23,405 nucleotides of DNA, taken from assembly GCA_965662235.1 (NCBI GenBank), contig CBFIGY010000040.1, forward strand, positions 1 to 23,405, in the 5' to 3' direction. This DNA is from an uncultured bacterium. GTDB lineage: Bacteria; SAR324; NAC60-12. A model generated the notes under the pieces. That model saw only the letters and a program-made list of their open reading frames with translations. It did not search any database and was not told the DNA's origin. Positions 21,901 to 23,405 of the stretch are shown here, piece by piece (positions within the stretch are counted from its first letter, which is position 1; each line of letters starts with the position of its first letter). The position numbers and the translations under genes are program-made.

Positions 21901-23405
21901 CCCACAACCGTCACGGTCTGGTAGGCGTTCCAGTTGGAGGTCGAGAAGCTCAGTGAGAGGTTGTCTGAAAGAGTGGCGCCATCCTTCAATTTTCCTTCGC
22001 TGTTGTCCGACGTTCCCATGGAAACCGTGACCGTGTCTTCAGGTGGCACGCTCAAACGCATGGAGAAGTAGGCTTGGCCTCCGGATTCGTCCGTATCGCC
22101 CTGAATGTCCGTGATGTCGAAGCCCGCCGGAGCCAGATCCAGATTCTTCAAGAGCACGTCTTGAGGATCAAGGGACCGGTAGCGCAGATCCGAGGTCGTA
22201 TTGTCCGCCAGAATCCGAATCGCGTAGCTCTGATCGCCGTCACTCAGGTTGTCCGGGACCCCGGTCACGGTTACGGTACGGTCCGAGTTCCAGTCACTTG
22301 GGGTGAACTGGATCTGGCTCACGCCTCCGGATGTCACGGTCGCGCCATTGCCCGCAATTGAGGTAATGGCCCCTTCATCAAGCGCACTGCTCTCTAGGTA
22401 AACCGTCACATTGGCCAAAGGCTCCGAGGCCAGGCGGATGGTGAAATCGGCCGTGTCTCCTGACTCGGAAGTATCCCCACTAATGGAGCTGATGTAGAAC
22501 GCCCCCTTGCCGGTCAGGTCAAGGTTCTTCAACGTCACATCAGCAGGATTCACATACTGATAGCGAGTGTCCGTTGTGCTCGAATTGTCACTCAATACAA
22601 TCGCATAGCTCTGGTCTCCATCACTCAGGTTGTCTGAGACCCCGGTGATCGTCACCAACTGATCCGCATTCCAGTCCGTGCTCGTGAACGTCAGATGAGA
22701 CGGAGAAACCGTCCCTTCGCTCAGATCAGAAGAGCTCACATTCAAAACCACCTGGCGGCCCGATTCCGGAGCTGAAGCCAGACGAACACTAAACGTCGCC
22801 GTCGCACCGGACTCATCCGTGTCATTCGAAACTGCAGAAACGTAGAACGCTCCTTTGTCCGTCAGGTCAAGGTTCTTCAAAGATACGTCCGGAGGATCCA
22901 CAAAGCGGTAACGCGTGTCTGTCGTCGTGTTGTCCGTGAGCACAATCGCGTAGCTTTGGTCTCCATCAGAGAGATTGTCCCCAACTCCCGTCACCGTCAC
23001 CGTCTGCGATGCGCTCCAGTTCAAACTCGTAAACGTCAGCTGCGGTGAAGAAGAAACCACCCCTTCTGTCTCATCGGATGAGGAAACATCAATCACCACA
23101 TCTGCCGTCGGAGCCGTAGCCAGACGTACCGTAAACGTCGCCGTTGCACCGGACTCATCCGTGTCATTCGACACTGCAGAAACGTAGAACGCCCCCTTGC
23201 CTGTCAGGTCAAGGTTCTTCAACGTCACATCAGCAGGATTCACATACTGATAGCGAGGGTCCGTTGTGCTCGAATTGTCACTCAATACAATCGCATAGCT
23301 CTGGTCTCCATCACTCAGGTTGTCTGAGACCCCGGTGATCGTCACCAACTGATCCGCATTCCAGTCCGTGCTCGTGAACGTCAGATGAGACGGAGAAACC
23401 GTCCC
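3930..23405 (-). CDS. Giant repetitive extracellular/surface protein made of tandem Calx-beta-like (Ig-like, putatively Ca2+-binding) modules; 5'-truncated, at least 6491 aa
   Basis: The frame stays open beyond the track start at 23348 to the window edge (GTVSPSHLTFTSTDWNADQL), so that TTG is an internal Leu. Manual parsing gives 55 complete modules plus 1 partial, each ~111-132 aa. Consensus: GFxVSxxSGxTxExGxxAxFTVRLxSxPxxxV...SDxxEG...LTFxxxNWxxxQTVTVxGVDDNxxDGDQ...DxxYxxLxPxDVxxxNxDDE. Rich in S/T/D/V/G, Lys-poor, no Cys seen. The Calx-beta assignment is by motif resemblance. Confidence 0.92.
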   Translation of the reverse strand, partial: GTVSPSHLTFTSTDWNADQLVTITGVSDNLSDGDQSYAIVLSDNSSTTDPRYQYVNPADVTLKNLDLTGKGAFYVSAVSNDTDESGATATFTVRLATAPTADVVIDVSSSDETEGVVSSSPQLTFTSLNWSASQTVTVTGVGDNLSDGDQSYAIVLTDNTTTDTRYRFVDPPDVSLKNLDLTDKGAFYVSAVSNDTDESGATATFSVRLASAPESGRQVVLNVSSSDLSEGTVSPSHLTFTSTDWNADQLVTITGVSDNLSDGDQSYAIVLSDNSSTTDTRYQYVNPADVTLKNLDLTGKGAFYISSISGDTSESGDTADFTIRLASEPLANVTVYLESSALDEGAITSIAGNGATVTSGGVSQIQFTPSDWNSDRTVTVTGVPDNLSDGDQSYAIRILADNTTSDLRYRSLDPQDVLLKNLDLAPAGFDITDIQGDTDESGGQAYFSMRLSVPPEDTVTVSMGTSDNSEGKLKDGATLSDNLSLSFSTSNWNAYQTVTVVGVDDNLSDSNQAYRIEFNSVTSASDADYNGFTINRSVGVINLDDERAGFRVSSISGPTTERGGTATFAVRLSSQPSAPVSLSLSTSDSGEGIITSPVSSALSFSPSNWNADQLVVIKGVNDNITDGNQGYVVQIGADNSTTDPDYQGLDPEDLFVTNLDDESSGYIITDISGDTREDGAQAMFAIRLTSEPSDNVTLSLSSSDTGEGVIEGAVSNLLSLSFDANNWNAFQNVRVTGVNDNLTDGNQIFIVQIETASTQDEAYSVLDPPDVFVTNVDDETPGYLISDISGDVTEAGGQAIFAMRLTSPPTDNVTIGLTVSDATEGSTDKTQLVFSPTNWNAYQNVVVTGLDDNETDGNQTFVIELDPAVSTDNFYNGRDPQDVFVVNLDDETTGVLLSALKGDVSERGGQATFTVRLGSQPTQSVSMGLSVDDAGEGSVSPDNLTFTTSNWNSFKTVTVTGVNDNLSDGDQTFAVVLGTVVTSDPKYSGYNPPDVPVVNIDDDSPGFWVSAASRNTDEYGQTALFTVSLKSEPSANVVVSFVSTDPGEGILSSDNFTFNASNWNSPYEVTVTGQPDNLSDGDQEYAVRLSGDSTTADVGYQNLDPPDVTLQNLDQNTSGFIVSAASGDVSETAGTATFTVRLRSQPRGAVDITLVSSDSGEGTVTPTSHQFTSSNWNSLKVFTVTGVDDNISDGHQQFRVLLTGDNDTADLAYRDLNPGTVTLYNRDDESAGIEVSPVTANTPGSRLEVSESGHSEQLLVRLSRPPNGVVRVPVTLSDSSEARISPDNLTFTVANWNAWQVVSVAGLNDNLSDGDATFHVTVGAAVSDDADFDGASAQTAYFVNRDNDLPGFVVSAISGAVSETGTTATLTVSLRTAPSDNVSFSVSSSDPGEGTVSPSYLTFSSANYASAQTVTLTGVDDVLQDSTQSYQVVFGSAVSNDSFYDGKVPSAVSVQTNDDESAGFLVSPSSVLISESGTSSQFYVRLANQPSQPVSLPIRVDNSSGTADELTVAPDNLTFTSTDWNAWQTVVLTGVDDNLTDGNQSFTVQVGASVSAQSTYDGLAQQTVTGVNLDDETAGVQVSQISGATNEGGGQAWFTVRLNAPPAGNVSIPLSVSGSDEGSLVSAGGALGATSLDFTAINWSAPQTVVVQGVDDNLTDGDQLWTVTLGSMTGDATYLGLDPEDVAILNLDDETAGFIVSAPSGPTSEIGGTATFTVRLTSAPDNGSVGIDLASDNTSEGTVFPASLTFSASDWNAEQVVTVTGVDDNRSDGDQSYRVVLSPDNSTNSLKYRGLNPPDVVMQNVDDETAGFTMTINSYTSEWGDFSIIKLKLNSEPEGTVVIDVSSKDPTEGVIASISGGGTDNVTFDANNWSAFQSIRIVGVDDNISDGDQSFLVLLDPNSATTASRYVGRDPSDVELINIDDDTAGFVVSALSGATTESGQTATFTVRLRSQPDDGDNSTTTDNVTVPLRVSDATEVEVASAPSGGSGNDTASALVFTSSDWNAARTITLRGLNDNLSDGDQRFAIYLDADLNTTDPHYVNLDPADVEGLNLDDDGAGFVVNVLDDTTSESGDNASFTVALLSEPTDTVDLTLASLDSTEGQPSPTALSFGPGNWSTAQTVTVVGQNDPIPDRAQEYTIRFTGDANTTDARYLNRAPASLTFRNLDNDTAGFVVSAISGDVGENFDNATFTVKLTSEPSADVLLPLASSDATEGVLSQASLTFGSGNWSTAQTVTVLGVNDELNDGDQSFFVQLEPVSSTDAEYNLLDPPDVAVVNVDDESYGFVVSAVSGPLSENGGIAEFTLSLRLPPLPSADNVTLTLSVDDASEGLLLNPDNSTAVSRNLVFSSSNWNVTQTVRVQGVNDNLSDGSQTFHVEFANTVTPNTSNYYGKAPNAVALMTQDDDTIGVSVGTVSGDVGESGSIGRFTVKLMSEPTQSVTLPVSSSDPSEALISLDNATWQVSDNLTFAAAQWNQDQTIYVQGQNDGIADGDQSFVVELGTVVSGDTWYSGLDPQDVAMSNREDVSASIVVTPESGVTSEDGEQAIFLARLGSRPLNTVKLNVTVDNTSEGQLLSSNTLTFTPTNWNGLQTVTIGGVNDNLTDGDQPYTVTFTADNTSLDTNYTDAIETKVTLKNRDDDGPGFVIGPVSGAATEDGGEALFWVRLVQAPVANVTVYASLSATDEAILVRSDNTTTDNLTLTFSPTDWNTSHLVRVRGVDDNLTDGTQSYLIDLSAAVSTDLRYSGLNPDDVSVATEDDETAGFLISEVSGDTSEWGDNATFTVRLTSSPAPGNQVVLALASNDTSEGQIDNSTATATVTFTSDNWSTAQTITVIGQEDTQKDGDQAYAIVVSVQSSTESAYTNLNPPDVRLINRDNDVPGVQVGTPSTLSISESGSDNATFTVVLSTEPRDTVTVPVYVSDPGEAMLWNGSSRVSSLNLSFGAGNYSTAQTVTLVGVDDNLTDGDQPVRTILGTVISANDPDYNGINPEDVQLTVLDNETYGPEAILISTLSGPTAEDGTQSLFTVKLSRPPSALVSMGVRISDASEVQVSADNTTFADNITLTFSAADWQADHTVWIQGVDDNLSDGSQSVVVALEALSSSDWRYHNVDPSDVTLQNLDDESAGIVYTLVDPDSSEAGDNATFTVRLTSAPTATTTLTLTSNAPTEGRFAGASTTQTLSFGSGNWSTAQSVTVVGQDDWVDDDHQNYTIGIAATAGDAAYQALITQTVPLRNLDDDTAGVAVSLASGDTTEASGTATFTVRLSSEPTDDVTVVVASSDPTEGLLSDNYTFTASNWNGLKTFTVTGVDDNLSDGDVGYSIQVTVDNGTSDGLYRYLDPNDVALRNLDDDQGGYFVSALSNSVSENGTTASFTVRLRSEPTDNVTLTVASGNVAEATVNKTALPFTASNWNGLQTVIVTGVDDNLSDGDQTFAIFLGADNDTADARYRNADPADVTGVNVDDDSAGFVVALLDEVLTESGDNASFSVALRTAPTHPVTLSLSSLDSTEGTLSTSSLSFGSGNWSTAQTVSVLSVDDDLADGTQAFSVTFSGDASTSDLRYRNLAPAPLRFQTLDNETAGFVVSAVSGNTDEDGTPTASFTVALTSEPSADVILTLTSTDPTEVNVTPELLTFTSANWSTARTLTLEGLNDNITDGDQQVRIALEPVYSADPAYQLLDPPDVFVINEDNENYGFEIVSQTGTTSENGGIAVVTIRPTVAPETSDVITLAASSSDTTEGVVVVSGATVASQTLTWDNSTWTTAQTVTVKGVDDRISDGDQVFAVEFSASTNAGSNYAGKVPREVFFTNRDDDSAGVQTSILVGSTPGIVKESGTRALFTVRLNSEPTAAVQIPIFVSDATEAQVSLDNSTWTDNVTLTFDNTTWSTEDLVYVKGVNDHLSDGDQPFLVELRAATSSDPHYSGRDATDLGFTNVEDIDAEIVVAPVSGTTSEAGEQALFTVRLKSKPSGAVYVLASSDNTSEGRVLAGDNLTFDDTNWNGLQTVTIEGVDDNLTDGPTAYTVTFTGSNSSADLDYQGVYTYAVLKNLDNEAAGYRVSDISGPTTESGGRAYFTVRLTARPVADVTLTVASDNLSEGTTSVDNLTFSSSNWAAEQTVTVTGVDDSVNDGDAVYSIILGADTGTADTNYRNNNPPDVLVLNQDDETPGLIVSEISGPTTETGGSALFQVRLQSQPSNSVQLQVTLSDDSEATFTAGSTDNDTTLTFSTGNWNSAQTVTLYGLDDQQTDGHQAYTVQVAPDAANTADDDYDTVEAVTLFTSNVDDETSGFLVSALSGVVSESGTSAYFTVRLTSSPTGDVVVNAVSDNASEASVLPASFTFTTANWSSEATFTVTGVDDNVTDGAQPFKISLSVDNSTTVGRDTAYQALNPADVLGTNQDDDSVGFIATAPSGSVSEDGGIATFALRLTKAPTDNVSVVATVSDSTEGILLQPDNTTTQSYTVTFSPADWNSLHEIRVRGVDDNESDGTQGFWVNLAAATSSDARYSGLVPEDVALANLDDDTPGFFVSSISGSTSEAADNATFTVRLTKQPSAAVTLNLTSSDTTEGQLASSTLTFSTGNWSTAQTVTVLGQDDSDLDGDVRYRVSLAVQSGSASEYADLVPADVSVVNLDDEASGIRVSAPSAFSVSESGSSVTFTVALNTAPGADVTLPVYTSDPSEAKLTGGVDNLTLTFSTGTTSAQTVTVIGQDDNDTDGTQPFTIVLGETVSTDLDYAGLNPQDVSLTTTDNESGIPGFLVSTLSGATSESGDNATFTVSLTAAPTASVSIALAVSDSSEALLSVGGSTAAASGSLVFGPGNFSTAQTVTVVGQDDVLRDDDVAFTVTLANASSTDLRYNGLNPADVFGVNTDNESYGPSSVLVSAISGPVSEDNGTAHFTVKLAYEPSASVTLGVTSNVPTEGLVSDNGSSYASTASVTFTTADWQSDHTVYVQGVDDALMDGDQAFAILLAPLTSSDSRYAGVDPLDVAARNVDDDTAGFTLVDNDTTTSESGGTGFFSIRLNSEPSAVVQVPVVIVDATEASVTTSSPLTFNSGNWNVYQTVTITGADDNQTDGAQQFTVFVDPPITSDSRYSGLDPRDVIMTNADNDSAGFRVSVLDNATSEGGDTGSFTVRLNSEPSGSVFLLAESADPTEGAVTPELFTFTSSNWNTLKTFTVTGLNDNLTDGEQAYTINLQLAYSEDPSYSSVDPQDVVMTNADNDNWGFYVSTPSGGTSESGGTAQFAVNLIYAPTSTLNLTLTSGDTGEITFAGGSSTTSLSFGSGNWTTAQVVTAYGVNDNLSDGDQAVELSFTTTTTSGNYANQVPGSVFLSNRDDDTAGVRLGALSGNVAESGTVASFTVQLASRPTASVTLPLAVSDATEAKLSLDQSTWASTQSLVIAPADWNDNHTIYIQGQQDNVSDGTQPFVVYLNAVTSTDAGYNGLNPLDVALQNVEDRLASLVVSPMSGTTSELGEQATFAVRLGSQPAANVTVNVTSEDPSEGLLDNSVTTKALTFTDTNWNGWQTVVVDGQDDNDTDGNVSYRILVAADNSSSDSTYNDTVRSYVFLKNVDNEVPGLRVSSLSGPTTESGGTAFFTARLTSLPTADVVLSVSSSDSTEGTVSPSTLTFTSGNWNSEQTVTVTGVDDTLRDNATAYTVTLARTSSGAEYDLLDNTTVLVVNEDDEIPGLSVSASSGATTESGGTAWFTVVLQSQPTADVVLDVTSSDSTEGTVSGALTFTTSNWSTRQTVTVTGVNDSVFDGNQAYAVDVAVNTGSTLDTSGYDLLDNVSVLLNNVDDESAGFLVSALSGAVSERQTSAVFTVRLTSEPSGTVVVQAVSDNTSEASVSPSSHSFSSADWSSEFSFTVTGVDDVLSDGNQPFKISLSVDNGTSTDTSGYTSLNPADVLGTNEDDETPGLQVSAASGPTTEDNGTAFFTVVLNTEPTASVTVGLTLSDSSEATFSSAGTADTSETLTFTTADWNSVRTVTVYGRDDNAVDGDQAYASTVSINSTSDADYAALDNETVLLRTIDDETPGFLVSAPDANTSEEGDNATFTVRLTSAPITGLNVVLAVSSSNTSEGTVSTGALTFTSADWNTPQTVTVTGQDDGVRDGDVRYRVNLSVNNGSTTASEYLYLDPEDVSLVNVDNDRAGFQVSAPSGVAISENGGTLTFTVALNTSPTSSVTVPVYISDNSEALLGSSDNLTLTFSSTTAQTVTVNAQDDNLSDGDQSVRVILGSSSSSDAEYQGLNPEDVSFLVTDDESGTPGILVTPPDNATTLESGTNRTFTVALAAKPTADVTLPVYVSDSSEALLTGSVDNLTLTFTSGNWNTPQTVSVLAQDDSLVDGSVAYSVFLMPASSADARYHGLNAQDLGFVNADDDTAASYGVLLTSPTSSAKVTEAGGTSTFTVTLASAPSSQVDLTLYSTDVTEGTVSVSTLSFTSGTWSTAQTVTVTGVDDSDNDSDQYFQVILQPLSSSDPNYNAFNPQDLGFVNEDDE
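22494..22715. repeat. Intragenic direct repeat, copy 1 (222 bp; partner at 23184-23405)
   Basis: Identical to 23184-23405 except 22512 G/23202 T (synonymous Thr) and 22568 T/23258 G (Thr/Pro). Offset is 690 bp, i.e. two modules. Confidence 0.96.
22791..23222. repeat. 90-bp direct repeat pair (22791-22880 and 23133-23222) spanning module junctions
   Basis: 6 mismatches in 90 bp at an offset of 342 bp; encodes LKNLDLT[G/D]KGAFYVSAVSNDTDESGATATF. Confidence 0.9.
23184..23405. repeat. Intragenic direct repeat, copy 2, truncated by the right window edge
   Basis: 220/222 identical to 22494-22715; the match continues to the last base of the window. Confidence 0.96.

Noticed and set aside
4077..23338. 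Dozens of plus-strand and alternative-frame ORFs of 60-260 aa within the giant gene
   Set aside because: They are shadow ORFs produced by codon bias and repetition of the real minus-strand frame, with no recognisable motifs.
23346..23348. TTG start assigned by the ORF track to the giant protein
   Set aside because: It is an internal Leu. The frame continues to the window edge in mid-module, and the same sequence occurs internally 690 bp away.
22494..23405. Near-identical repeat pair as a diversity-generating retroelement template/variable region
   Set aside because: There are only two mismatches, with the coding-strand adenine in opposite copies. Both copies are in-frame coding modules, and no reverse transcriptase is present in the window.
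3930..23405. Recurring short DNA motifs (e.g. GTGCTCCAGTT, AGGTTGTCGTC) as a CRISPR array or DNA-level repeat system
   Set aside because: They recur at ~350-bp spacing, vary at synonymous positions, and encode the conserved NWST and DDNL peptides. No cas genes are present.

Overview
Bacterial window, probably a whole contig, since both ends break inside repeats. It starts in a perfect (CAGA)n microsatellite of at least 19 copies, 25 bp upstream of a soluble, orphan five-PAS histidine kinase (+). Converging on the kinase are a monomeric sarcosine oxidase/SolA-family flavoprotein (-) and, immediately upstream of it, a 5'-truncated giant gene (-, at least 6491 aa). That gene consists of 55 complete plus one partial ~115-aa acidic, Cys-free Calx-beta/Ig-like modules. 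The most notable signals are: (1) extreme enrichment and co-variation of D-N-x-S/T motifs in the giant protein, suggesting dense N-glycosylation with an acidic residue at -1; (2) a 12-13-module super-repeat; (3) a near-identical 690-bp-period array at the truncated end; (4) a possibly phase-variable sensor kinase. All counts are manual and approximate. No RNA genes, CRISPR arrays or mobile elements were seen.
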